Below, in pieces: positions 8,139 through 16,392 of a stretch of DNA of 32,218 nucleotides. A program made the translations under genes and the position numbers. The stretch's first letter is position 1. Every line of letters begins with the position of its first letter. The notes beneath the pieces are model-generated. The model did not search any database, was not told the origin of the DNA, and worked only from the letters and a program-made list of their open reading frames with translations. The DNA comes from Thermoanaerobaculales bacterium (lineage in GTDB: Bacteria; Acidobacteriota; Thermoanaerobaculia; Thermoanaerobaculales; Sulfomarinibacteraceae). Where the stretch lies: NCBI GenBank assembly GCA_029932545.1, contig JAOZPW010000004.1:1-32218 (forward strand). Direction: 5' to 3'.

Positions 8139-8522
8139 TTACCGGGCGATTTCGTGACCCGCCTTCTGCAACACGGCACATGCGAGTTCGAGCTGATGGT
8201 TCTTCACCAACAGAAAGTCGGTGTCGAACGTCGAGACCACGAAAATGCTGATGCCCGTCTCAGCGAGCGGAGCACTCAAGGCCGCCAACACACCGACGAG
8301 ATCGAAAGGCAACGGACCTTTGACGCCCATACACCGCCAACCGGTCTCCACCGGTCTCCCCGGAGGCACGGACCGAGAATCTGACACCACCGAAAGCTCC
8401 TCGGAGGTTCGGGTGACAGACCAGAAACCCGTTTCCCCAACAAACGAAGGGAACGGCGCGTCCGGAGGGAGTTTCCAGACCGCCAGTTCTTCGGGAAGCA
8501 CCCACAACGTATGTTTTTTCAC
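8139..8522 (-). CDS. ACT domain-containing protein (ACT_7/CASTOR-like small regulatory domain protein)
   Basis: 127 aa. The pattern ...WSVTRTSEELSVV...GPLPFDLVGVLAALSAPLAETGISIFVVSTFDTDFLLV is typical of stand-alone ACT proteins. GTG start lies directly after the citF TAG. Confidence 0.6.
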   Translation of the reverse strand: MKKHTLWVLPEELAVWKLPPDAPFPSFVGETGFWSVTRTSEELSVVSDSRSVPPGRPVETGWRCMGVKGPLPFDLVGVLAALSAPLAETGISIFVVSTFDTDFLLVKNHQLELACAVLQKAGHEIAR

Positions 8523-10073
8523 CTAACCAACCCGCCAAACAGTATCGATGATCGTGCCATCGACCCACTTGACGACAGCGACTGGATCCTCGGTCTTTTC
8601 GACCTTGCCCGGAACGCCGCAAATGCGATCGAGTTCGGCCTTGAGTTCCTCGATCGGCTTGATCGGCAGATCGGAGCCTGCGACGGCGTCCAGCAGATCC
8701 TGGCGACGGGGGTTGATGGCGATGCCGCGCTCGGTAACGACGACGTCGATCAACTCACCTGGACCGCAGACCGTTGTGACCTCATCGACGATGACCGGAA
8801 TACGGTCGCGGAACGAGGGCACCAGAAGCATGGCGCATTTCGACGCCAGGCAGTTCTGCCACCCGCCAACTCCGTGGAGCAGACGCCCGTCGGAGTGGGT
8901 GACGACGTTGCCGTTGAAATTCATATCGACCTCGGTCGCTCCCAGGACGGCAACATCGACCATCGAGGCAAAATTGCCCTTGCCGTGGAAATTATAGGAA
9001 GTGAAGGGAGAGGTATTGATATGGCGCGGATCTTCATGCATCGAGCGAACGCCCTCGAGGTCAAAGGTCTGGCCGTCCAGAATGTAGTCGATCAGGCCCT
9101 CTTCGAGCATGGCGGTCATGTACTGATTGGACCCACCCCGGGCGAACCGTGCTGTGACGCCGGCCGAGCGCATCAGATCCCGCAGGTAGAGAGCAAATGC
9201 CAGGGTTGTCCCGCCGGCGCCGGCCTGGAAGGAGAAGCCCGGTTTCATGATGCCGGCATCGGCACAGAAACGCGCGGCCAATTCGGCAATGCGCAGACGG
9301 TCAGGGCTCTGGGTAACGCGAGTGGTGCCGGAGACGATCTTCGCCGGATCACCGATCGAGGGAACTTCGACGACAACATCGACGTTGTTGCCCTGGATCT
9401 GCCAGGGGATACAGGGGAAGGGTACCAGGTTGTCGGTGACGATGATGACCTTGTCGGCGTAGATCGAGTCGGCCAGGGCAAAACCCAGGAGGCCACAGCC
9501 GGCGGGGCCTCGGTCGCCGGTGGCGTTACCGAAGGGATCGGCGGTCGGCGCCGCGATGACGGCGACGTCGATGTGCACCTCACCGTCCTGGATGGCCTGC
9601 CAACGTCCTCCGTGCGAACGCAGGACGCCGAGGCCGCGCATCTTCCCCTCGGAGCAGTAGGCGCCGAGCGGACCATTCATCGAGCCCTCGATGTGGTGGA
9701 TGACGCCTGATTCCAGATGTTGCAATTGATTGGCGTGGACCGGAAAGGAGGCCGAGGGGAACCACATCAGATCCTTGACGCCCATGTCGGCGGCAGCGTC
9801 AAAGACGGCGTTGGCGACAAGATCACCATTACGAAGATGGTGGTGGGACGAGATGACCATGCCATCTTTCAAACCGACCTTCTTCAGGGCCTCGGAGATC
9901 GAATTCGCCCTCTTGTCCCCGTCCTCAGGGTAGTCCAGACATGTGGCAATCGTCGGTGCGGCCTTGCGGCCTGTAGGCCGATGCCCACCGACACCGGCAA
10001 AGGGTACGGACTTCCGGCCGTTGACTTCGGTGGGCACGAGGCGCCCCGCAGCATTGCGCTCAAAAGAACTCAT
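8523..10073 (-). CDS. citF: Citrate lyase alpha subunit (citrate CoA-transferase)
   Basis: 516 aa, collinear with E. coli CitF as I recall it (DGM.IS.HHH.RNGD, HGGR...DG...IDVA, FGNA, S.Q.G.GG..LA, G..GG..D, VVTE.GIA.NP). ATG overlaps the upstream stop (ATGA). Confidence 0.9.
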   Translation of the reverse strand: MSSFERNAAGRLVPTEVNGRKSVPFAGVGGHRPTGRKAAPTIATCLDYPEDGDKRANSISEALKKVGLKDGMVISSHHHLRNGDLVANAVFDAAADMGVKDLMWFPSASFPVHANQLQHLESGVIHHIEGSMNGPLGAYCSEGKMRGLGVLRSHGGRWQAIQDGEVHIDVAVIAAPTADPFGNATGDRGPAGCGLLGFALADSIYADKVIIVTDNLVPFPCIPWQIQGNNVDVVVEVPSIGDPAKIVSGTTRVTQSPDRLRIAELAARFCADAGIMKPGFSFQAGAGGTTLAFALYLRDLMRSAGVTARFARGGSNQYMTAMLEEGLIDYILDGQTFDLEGVRSMHEDPRHINTSPFTSYNFHGKGNFASMVDVAVLGATEVDMNFNGNVVTHSDGRLLHGVGGWQNCLASKCAMLLVPSFRDRIPVIVDEVTTVCGPGELIDVVVTERGIAINPRRQDLLDAVAGSDLPIKPIEELKAELDRICGVPGKVEKTEDPVAVVKWVDGTIIDTVWRVG

Positions 10074-11281
10074 TTTTCGACCTCATCCCAATCGGCGGCC
10101 AACACGCCGCCGGAAACCGCCAGATCAACCGTGCGGAAAGCCTGTTTGACCACCGGTGGATCGACCATCTTTGAGCCGAGAGCAACGGCGCCCAGACCCC
10201 TCTTTTCTGCCTCACGGGCCGCCGCAACGATACGGATGGCTCTCTCCACCTGGGCCTCGGTCGGCGTCAGCTCGCGATGCACGATCGGGATCTGGCGGGG
10301 ATGGATGCAGCCGATGCCGTCAAATCCCAGGCCACGCTCCCGGACGATGTAGGCGGCCAGGCCTTCCTCGTCGGCAATGTCCGAGTAGACCGAGGCAATC
10401 GGCTGTACACCGGCCGCCCGGGCGGCATAGACGGTCGTTTGGCGGGCGAGAAAACTCTCCACTCCCTCTTCGGTTCGGGGCGCACCCAACTCGGCACTGA
10501 GATCCTCGAGGCCCAGGGTCAGAGCAACGATAGACGGCTCGGCGGCGGCAATTTCGAAGGCACGATGGATTCCCAGAGGCGATTCCAGGATCGGCATCAA
10601 AAAAATCTCATACCCTCTGCCGGCCACCTCCAGACAGTCGGCTGCCTGTTTGACCTGGGCCGGCGCCTCGATTTTTGGCAGAAGAACGACGTGCGGGTTG
10701 TGGGATCCGATCTCTTCAAGATCAGCGATACCGGCCGAGCCCTGATTGACACGTACCATGCGCTCCGACGAACCCCAATCCATGGCAATCAGGGCGTTGC
10801 GCACCAGGATCCGCGCACCGTCTTTCTCAGCCGGAGGCACCGAATCCTCAAGATCAAGAATGATGCCGTCAGCGCCGTAGAGACCGGCCGACTGCATCAG
10901 CTTGGGCTGATTGCCGGGCACGTACAACCGACTGCGGCGGAGGCGATCCCGAGAGGTCACTGCTCCTGCATTGGGTGCCGCCTCCGGCAGGACGCCCTCC
11001 CCGTCGAAACCGGCCCTTCTCAAGCAGGTCTCGACACGAGCCAAAATGACCCACTCGACGGCCCCTCCGTCGTTGACGACCAATTCGCCGGTCTCTACGT
11101 TGAAGGACTCAACGACCCGCTTCACAGCGGCGTTGATCGCCTCACCGTAGAGGTAGTCGACCTTGGACGAGACATCGATACTGAGGGCCTCGGACCCAGG
11201 TTGATAGGTGACCTTGAGGTCGGACCTGGGGCGGTCTCCTGTCGGACCGGCCACTGCAGCGACGATCTTCATGTCGTTCAT
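10070..11281 (-). CDS. Fusion protein: citrate lyase acyl carrier protein (gamma, CitD) N-terminal domain plus citrate lyase beta subunit (citryl-ACP lyase, CitE)
   Basis: Residues ~4-100 (MKIVAAVAGPTGDRPRSDLKV...VNDGGAVEWVILARVETCLRRAG) align to CitD, including a Ser at the prosthetic-group position. Residues ~115-403 (RRSRLYVPGN...ILDLEDSV...ESPLG...GLEDL...FDG..CIHPRQI) align to CitE (HpcH/HpaI fold). Confidence 0.85.
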   Translation of the reverse strand: MNDMKIVAAVAGPTGDRPRSDLKVTYQPGSEALSIDVSSKVDYLYGEAINAAVKRVVESFNVETGELVVNDGGAVEWVILARVETCLRRAGFDGEGVLPEAAPNAGAVTSRDRLRRSRLYVPGNQPKLMQSAGLYGADGIILDLEDSVPPAEKDGARILVRNALIAMDWGSSERMVRVNQGSAGIADLEEIGSHNPHVVLLPKIEAPAQVKQAADCLEVAGRGYEIFLMPILESPLGIHRAFEIAAAEPSIVALTLGLEDLSAELGAPRTEEGVESFLARQTTVYAARAAGVQPIASVYSDIADEEGLAAYIVRERGLGFDGIGCIHPRQIPIVHRELTPTEAQVERAIRIVAAAREAEKRGLGAVALGSKMVDPPVVKQAFRTVDLAVSGGVLAADWDEVEK

Positions 11282-11306
11282 TCCTCACCTCCCGGCGTCG
11301 AATGTT

Positions 11307-11334
11307 GAGAGCTGACAGCTGACAGCTGAGAGCT
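11307..11334. repeat. Heptanucleotide tandem array (GAGAGCT GACAGCT GACAGCT GAGAGCT), AGCTG-N-CAGCT family
   Basis: Four contiguous 7-nt units fill the icd-like/citDE spacer. The outer units are mutually complementary (GAGAGCT...AGCTCTC), so the array can fold into a hairpin. Confidence 0.9.
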
Positions 11335-11337
11335 CTC

Positions 11338-12525
11338 TTATCCCAGGGCTACGATGATCGCGTCGGTCATTTCGGTGGTCGATGCCGCACCTTGAGCGAT
11401 CGAGTTCGGACCACCCCGGACCTTGAGCATGTCGTAGGTCCGAACCTTGCCCTCGGCCACCACTTTCGACACCGCAGCACGAATGCGATCAGCGGTCTCG
11501 GTCTCCCCAAGCCAATCGAGCATCATGACGGCGGACATGATCATTGCGATCGGGTTGACGATTGGCGGATCGAGCTCCACGTACTTCGGCGCAGATCCGT
11601 GGGTCGGCTCGAAAACACCGATTTCGTCACCGATATTGGCCGAAGCGGCAAAGCCCAGACCACCGACCAGACCGGCAAATCCATCCGAAATGATGTCACC
11701 GAACATATTGCCGGCGACAACGACACCGTAGTCCTCGGGGTTCTTGGTCAACCACATCATCTGGGCGTCAATGTTGGTCTCCCAGAGTTCGATGGCGGAA
11801 TATTTCTCGGCGATCTTGCGCGCCTCGCCAATCATCATTCCGGAGGTCTCCCGAAGGACGTTGGGCTTTTCGCAAACGGTGACGTTGGAGTAGTCGTGTT
11901 TCTCGGCATATTCGAAGGCCCCTGCACAGATCCGGCGGCAGGCCTCACGGGTGAAGACCCGCGTCGAAATCGCAAGGTCTTCACCTGGTACCTCGGCGAA
12001 ATTTTTGAACTTCGGATGGGTCTTCAGGGCGTTGTAGACCTCGGCCGGGGGATTGGTCCACTCGATCCCACCGTACAGGCCCTCCGTGTTCTGGCGGAAA
12101 ATGACGGCATCAATCTTGGGCTCTTCGGCCTGTCCATCGGCACCGCGGCGGATGAAGTTCAGACTATTGCCGCTGAAGGTCGGACAAGGCCGGATGCTGA
12201 TGTCGAGGTTGAACCGCTGGCGAAGCCCGACGATCGGTGAGAAGTACACGAAGCCCTTGCCCCGCATCTCCGGACTGAGTTCTTCGGCCGCCTTGTCCTT
12301 GGGCTTCGAGGTGATCGCCCCGAACAGCGCTACCTTGTGTTCGGCGATCAAATCAATGGTCTTCTGCGGCAACGGATTGCCCTCTTTGATCCAGAAGTCC
12401 CAACCGATATCGGCCTCGACCCAGTTCGCCTCAAAGCCGGCGGCTTCGAGCACCCGAATTGCCTCGGGCGTCACCAGTTTCCCGATTCCATCTCCAGGCA
12501 TAACGACGATAGTTCGCTTGGTCAT
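11338..12525 (-). CDS. Isocitrate/isopropylmalate dehydrogenase family protein (probable isocitrate dehydrogenase; substrate not determinable from sequence)
   Basis: Carries VVMPGDGIG, LFGAITSK, LRQRFNLDISIRPC, RQNTEGLYGG and NMFGDIISDGFAGLVGGLG. Start at ATG 12523-12525, preceded by GGAGGATCA. Confidence 0.85.
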   Translation of the reverse strand: MTKRTIVVMPGDGIGKLVTPEAIRVLEAAGFEANWVEADIGWDFWIKEGNPLPQKTIDLIAEHKVALFGAITSKPKDKAAEELSPEMRGKGFVYFSPIVGLRQRFNLDISIRPCPTFSGNSLNFIRRGADGQAEEPKIDAVIFRQNTEGLYGGIEWTNPPAEVYNALKTHPKFKNFAEVPGEDLAISTRVFTREACRRICAGAFEYAEKHDYSNVTVCEKPNVLRETSGMMIGEARKIAEKYSAIELWETNIDAQMMWLTKNPEDYGVVVAGNMFGDIISDGFAGLVGGLGFAASANIGDEIGVFEPTHGSAPKYVELDPPIVNPIAMIMSAVMMLDWLGETETADRIRAAVSKVVAEGKVRTYDMLKVRGGPNSIAQGAASTTEMTDAIIVALG

Positions 12526-12709
12526 TGATCCTCCAACGCTTTCCATTTACGGCTTCCCGCCGCCGCGCGGCGACACCTTACCGAAATGGCATCAGGAAGG
12601 GAAGTAAAACCCGGCAGGGCCGAAGGCGGCTGAACCGCGCACAATGTACGCGCGTTTCCCCCCCGCTCCCCCTTGCTGCCCCTCTCCCTCTCATTCTTCC
12701 TGGGTATGC

Positions 12710-13450
12710 CTACCGGCGCCAGAGGTTGTACTTCAGGATGGTCCAGATCGCCGAGACACCGTCGCGCCAGCCAATTTTCTTGCCTTCTTCGTAAGTCCTA
12801 CCGTGGTAGGAAATCGGCACTTCGTAGATCCTGAAGCCGGAGCGGGAGACCTTGGCGGTGAATTCCGGCTCGAAGCCGAAACGGTCGCTCTCGAACGTGA
12901 TCCCCTTCAGAACCTTCGCTGAAAACACCTTGTAACAGGTCTCCATGTCGGTCAGATTGAGATCAGTCAACATGTTGGAAAGAAGGGTCAAGAAGCGGTT
13001 GCCCTGGTAGTGCCAGAAAAACAGGACCCTGTGGGGCCCGCCGAGGAACCGCGAGCCGTAAACGACATCGGCCTTGCCGTCCAAGATGGGTTTCAGAAGG
13101 ATAGGATACTCCGCTGGGTCGTACTCCAGATCGGCGTCCTGGATCAGCAGAATGTCCCCGGTCACCACGGCAAATCCGGTCCTCAGAGTGGCGCCTTTCC
13201 CCTGATTTCGATCGTGGTGCTCTACACGAAATGAAACGCCGATGCCGTCTGCTCTCTCCGGGGTGGACCAACTCTCGAGCACGGCCAGGGTGCCGTCGCT
13301 CGAACGGTCGTCAACACTGATGATTTCCAGGCTCCCGATACCGGCGGGCAGCGGCGCCAACGCAACGCTCTCCAGCAGCTCAGCAACGGTCATCGCTTCG
13401 TTGAAGACAGGAACGATGACTGAAAGATTCATGGCCGCCAACTTTACCAT
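12710..13450 (-). CDS. Family 2 glycosyltransferase (polyprenol-phosphate glycosyltransferase-like)
   Basis: LSVIVPVFNE, IISVDDRSSDGT and DADLEYDP (DxD region). ATG 13448-13450 overlaps the upstream TGA by 1 nt (TGATG). Confidence 0.85.
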   Translation of the reverse strand: MVKLAAMNLSVIVPVFNEAMTVAELLESVALAPLPAGIGSLEIISVDDRSSDGTLAVLESWSTPERADGIGVSFRVEHHDRNQGKGATLRTGFAVVTGDILLIQDADLEYDPAEYPILLKPILDGKADVVYGSRFLGGPHRVLFFWHYQGNRFLTLLSNMLTDLNLTDMETCYKVFSAKVLKGITFESDRFGFEPEFTAKVSRSGFRIYEVPISYHGRTYEEGKKIGWRDGVSAIWTILKYNLWRR

Positions 13451-15054
13451 CACTCCACAACCCTCAAAGGATGCGTCGCCAACCATTCCGGTTCGACCGC
13501 TTCAAGGATCACCCGGCCCTCCATGTACTGGGCAACCGGGAGGTCCAGGAGGTAACACAAGGTTGGGGCCATATCCTCCAACCCGACCGGCGCCAGTCTC
13601 TGGCCGGCAGCCACACCCTCACCGACCAGAAACAACGCTCCTTCTGGACATCCCTCGGCCGAGGCGCGCCAGTTTCCGCCAAATCCCAACAGCCTTCGGA
13701 GACGTTCGAGCGGGTCCGGGAGGGCAAAACCGTAAGGGGAAACGACCGCGACCAGCCCATCTTCCGGCAACGCGTCCATCAACCGGCCGATCTGATCATC
13801 GACCAACTCCAATACCAGGGCCAGGGCCTCCCGCCGCCCGGTTTCCCCCGTCCGGTGAGGCTCCAAGAGGCGTCGTCCTACCGCCAGGGTGTGAAGGCTC
13901 AACCATACGTTTTCCCGGCCGGCTTCCAGAGCCAAGCGGGCCTGTTCAACCCGCGCTTCATCCTTGCGCAGTGTGCTCAAGATCTCCGACGCCGCACGAG
14001 GAAAATTGCCGACCAGGATGGCTCCAAGAGATGCTTCGAGGGAGTGACCGGTCGCCCAGGGATCCAGAGGTGGACGGACCCTACGGACCGCAGCGCCTTC
14101 ATCCCAGATTCCCGGCCAGTCCAAAATAGTTGTCGGAGTCTGGGAAAAGGCCATCCGCTGCCACAAAGGCGGCACAGTCGACGGGGGGGGGGCGACCCGT
14201 ATTCCACGATCCCACGCCAGGAAGAGTCTCGATCCCTGCGGGGTCCAGGGCAGGAGCCGGAGCGTCCCATCAAAGGCAACAGGATATTGCCACCCCCACC
14301 GGAACATCACGCCGTGCGTCCGGGGAAGGGTTCCCGTCGCCATCGTCGTCCAGTGTGCCTGATCCAAAAATGGCCGAAACGGGCTCAGCGGGCCCCGTGC
14401 GCCCTCCTCGATCAAACGGTCGAAGTTGGAGAGATTCCTCCCACCACCCTGCGTTAGCAGCACTGAGATATCCAGTCCCTCGATGCCGCAGACCAGTAGA
14501 GGCCGAGCAGAACGATCCAGTGGCTGCACCTTGACCTCAAGGCTTTTGAAAAATGACGTCGGCTCGCCAACCATGCGGCCGACCGGCAAGAGAATAATCA
14601 GAAGAAGCATGACCGATGCAATCCATCGACGCCGCTTCATGCGTCGCCACCACCTGTGAACGGCGATCATCATCAAAGCTGCCGAAAACCACATGACTGC
14701 ATCCTGCCGGAGCTGCCGACTTCCGGTCTCGGAGAGGAATTCCGGGTGAATTTCAGCGTTGACCCAACTGAGAATCGCAGCCAGGCAGAGAACCAGCGTC
14801 AGAAGAGCCACCGTGCCTTCGGACACACCCCAGCCCCGTGCATGTAAGGACCTGCCGATCACCCAGGCGCCCAAACCCAGGGGAATACCTATCAGGAACG
14901 CACCCCATCCCATCCACAGGGGAACACCGACAAAAAACGTCCGCGCACTTGGTTCAATATCCGGATTGAGCCGCATCAGCAACACCAGGCCCAGAATCCC
15001 TGCCACCGACCCCGCATACAACGATGCCACCCAGATTGCTGCTCTTACCCGCAT
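13450..15054 (-). CDS. Membrane-anchored alkaline phosphatase superfamily protein (type I phosphodiesterase/nucleotide pyrophosphatase-like)
   Basis: The N-terminal ~160 aa have about 5 hydrophobic segments. They are followed by LLVCGIEGLD, TGTLPRTHGV and a C-terminal ...GLEDMAPTLCYLLDLPVAQYMEGRVILE, typical of PF01663-like enzymes. Confidence 0.7.
   Translation of the reverse strand: MRVRAAIWVASLYAGSVAGILGLVLLMRLNPDIEPSARTFFVGVPLWMGWGAFLIGIPLGLGAWVIGRSLHARGWGVSEGTVALLTLVLCLAAILSWVNAEIHPEFLSETGSRQLRQDAVMWFSAALMMIAVHRWWRRMKRRRWIASVMLLLIILLPVGRMVGEPTSFFKSLEVKVQPLDRSARPLLVCGIEGLDISVLLTQGGGRNLSNFDRLIEEGARGPLSPFRPFLDQAHWTTMATGTLPRTHGVMFRWGWQYPVAFDGTLRLLPWTPQGSRLFLAWDRGIRVAPPPSTVPPLWQRMAFSQTPTTILDWPGIWDEGAAVRRVRPPLDPWATGHSLEASLGAILVGNFPRAASEILSTLRKDEARVEQARLALEAGRENVWLSLHTLAVGRRLLEPHRTGETGRREALALVLELVDDQIGRLMDALPEDGLVAVVSPYGFALPDPLERLRRLLGFGGNWRASAEGCPEGALFLVGEGVAAGQRLAPVGLEDMAPTLCYLLDLPVAQYMEGRVILEAVEPEWLATHPLRVVE
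14183..14192. repeat. Homopolymer (G)10 on the plus strand, (C)10 on the coding strand, inside the AlkP-family CDS
   Basis: Counted directly: acGGGGGGGGGGcg. It encodes A-P-P-P at about codon 288. It is the longest homopolymer I found in the window. Confidence 0.95.
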
Positions 15055-15271
15055 TGTTCACCAGCCTTCAGCTGCAAGGCACGATGCTCAGCACCTCTCG
15101 GCGCTTTCTCGATTCGCTCACTCAACGTACCGCAAGTACGCCTTCGCTCCCTCATCTTGCGAGATCACCGAGATGCACTGCGCCTCCCGCCTTTCGCTTC
15201 GAAGCCCGGTGAATAATGCAGGTGACCCTCATACCTCACCATGGTACAGCTACACTTGCTGGGCGGAGGTG

Positions 15272-15973
15272 ATGATGGCTGCACAATTGTGCGTCGCCCT
15301 GGACGGCAGCGACCGAAATTGGATCGTGACGACAGCTCGAAACTTGGGACCACACGTCAACTGGCTTAAGGTTGGTCTCGAGGCCTTCACGGCCCATGGC
15401 CCGGATTTGGTCCGTGAGGTCAGCACACACGTGCCTTCCGTCTTCCTGGACCTCAAACTCCACGATATCCCCACAACGGTGGCACGGGCGGCGGCAAACT
15501 GTGTTCGATTGGGTGCAAACCTGCTCAACGTCCATGCCGGCGGGGGTCGCGCAATGATGGAAGCCGCCGCTGCCTCTGTGCGGGCGGCCGATCCTTCCGG
15601 ATCAACCAAGATCATCGCCGTGACCATTCTCACCAGTCTGGATACGACGGCATTGACCGAGCTGGGCTCCGATCATCAGTCTGAGTCTTTGGTCCTCCGC
15701 TGGGCTGAACTGGCCCAACAATGCGGGCTCGACGGGGTGGTGGCATCCGCCCGGGAAGCTGAAAGAATCCGCCGGGTCTGCGGCCCTGATTTCCTGATTG
15801 TCACTCCAGGCATCCGCCCCTCGTGGGCTGCCGGAAATGATCAACGCCGTATCGTCACGCCGGAGGATGCGGTTTCGGCGGGATCAAACATCCTGGTGGT
15901 CGGACGCCCGATTACCACCGCGGACGATCCTCAAGCAGCTGCCGCAAAAATTCTCGCCGAAATGAAATCTTGA
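15272..15973 (+). CDS. pyrF: Orotidine 5'-phosphate decarboxylase
   Basis: LCVALDG...WLKVGLE...FLDLKLHDIPTTV...NVHA...LTS...VVGRPIT. Start at ATG 15272 (or 15275) just after GGAGG at 15265-15269. The upstream 171 codons of the ORF overlap the opposite-strand gene and look non-coding. Confidence 0.92.
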   Translation: MMAAQLCVALDGSDRNWIVTTARNLGPHVNWLKVGLEAFTAHGPDLVREVSTHVPSVFLDLKLHDIPTTVARAAANCVRLGANLLNVHAGGGRAMMEAAAASVRAADPSGSTKIIAVTILTSLDTTALTELGSDHQSESLVLRWAELAQQCGLDGVVASAREAERIRRVCGPDFLIVTPGIRPSWAAGNDQRRIVTPEDAVSAGSNILVVGRPITTADDPQAAAAKILAEMKS

Positions 15974-15998
15974 AGTCCGAACTGAACGCTGACAGCTT

Positions 15999-16364
15999 CT
16001 AGAATATCGGCCGATCCTGGAAGTGTTCCTTGTTCCAGTGATAGGTATAGAACACAAAATCGATGTCCTCCTGATACGTGACCCAGATCTTGAAGTGGGT
16101 TCTTCCTCGTTCGATTTTGATGCTCTCCTTGGTCACCGGAAGGCTGACCTCCTCCGCCTTGCTCAAAATGTCACGGATGATTCGCTTGTCCTTGTAATCC
16201 CGTCTTCCCGCACGATCCGCCAGGTTGCCAATTTCCTTGTCCAGTTCCCCAACATGGATCATCACCGGGGTGGCTCTAATCCCAATCAGGGCTGCAATGG
16301 CAAGTACGACCAGACCCACGAGACATCCAACCGGAACATCTCCACGCTCCCGCCTCAATTTCAT
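15999..16364 (-). CDS. Small N-terminally membrane-anchored protein (possibly DUF4845-like, as found downstream of lepB in other bacteria)
   Basis: 121 aa with one TM helix (VGCLVGLVVLAIAALIGI), then a charged soluble domain. GGGAGG SD lies upstream of the ATG. The family assignment is recalled from synteny, not verified. Confidence 0.6.
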   Translation of the reverse strand: MKLRRERGDVPVGCLVGLVVLAIAALIGIRATPVMIHVGELDKEIGNLADRAGRRDYKDKRIIRDILSKAEEVSLPVTKESIKIERGRTHFKIWVTYQEDIDFVFYTYHWNKEHFQDRPIF

Positions 16365-16383
16365 AGAACGCCTCCCAGTTAGG

Positions 16384-16392
16384 ATCTTATCA
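16384..16392 (-). promoter_or_regulatory. Extended -10 element TGATAAGAT for the 121-aa gene
   Basis: Minus strand reads TTTTGATAAGATCCTAACTGGGAGG...ATG. It has the same TGATAnnAT form as the hslV promoter. There is no clear -35. Confidence 0.35.

Noticed and set aside
8511-9710. 399-aa plus-strand ORF opposite citF, and the similar ORF at 10277..11308 opposite citDE
   Set aside because: These are antisense shadows of well-supported genes. They have low-complexity D/G/A/R-rich translations and no recognisable domains.
11307-11334. Heptamer arrays as CRISPR or minisatellite-encoded peptides
   Set aside because: The units are 7 nt and contiguous with no spacers, and no cas genes are present. 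The arrays lie outside ORFs except at the dapF tail.
14759-15271. 171-codon N-terminal extension of the pyrF ORF (total 404 aa)
   Set aside because: The extension overlaps the opposite-strand AlkP-family gene and the divergent promoter region, and it has Pro/Arg/Ser-rich non-protein-like sequence. A GGAGG-ATG at 15265-15274 gives a normal 233-aa PyrF.
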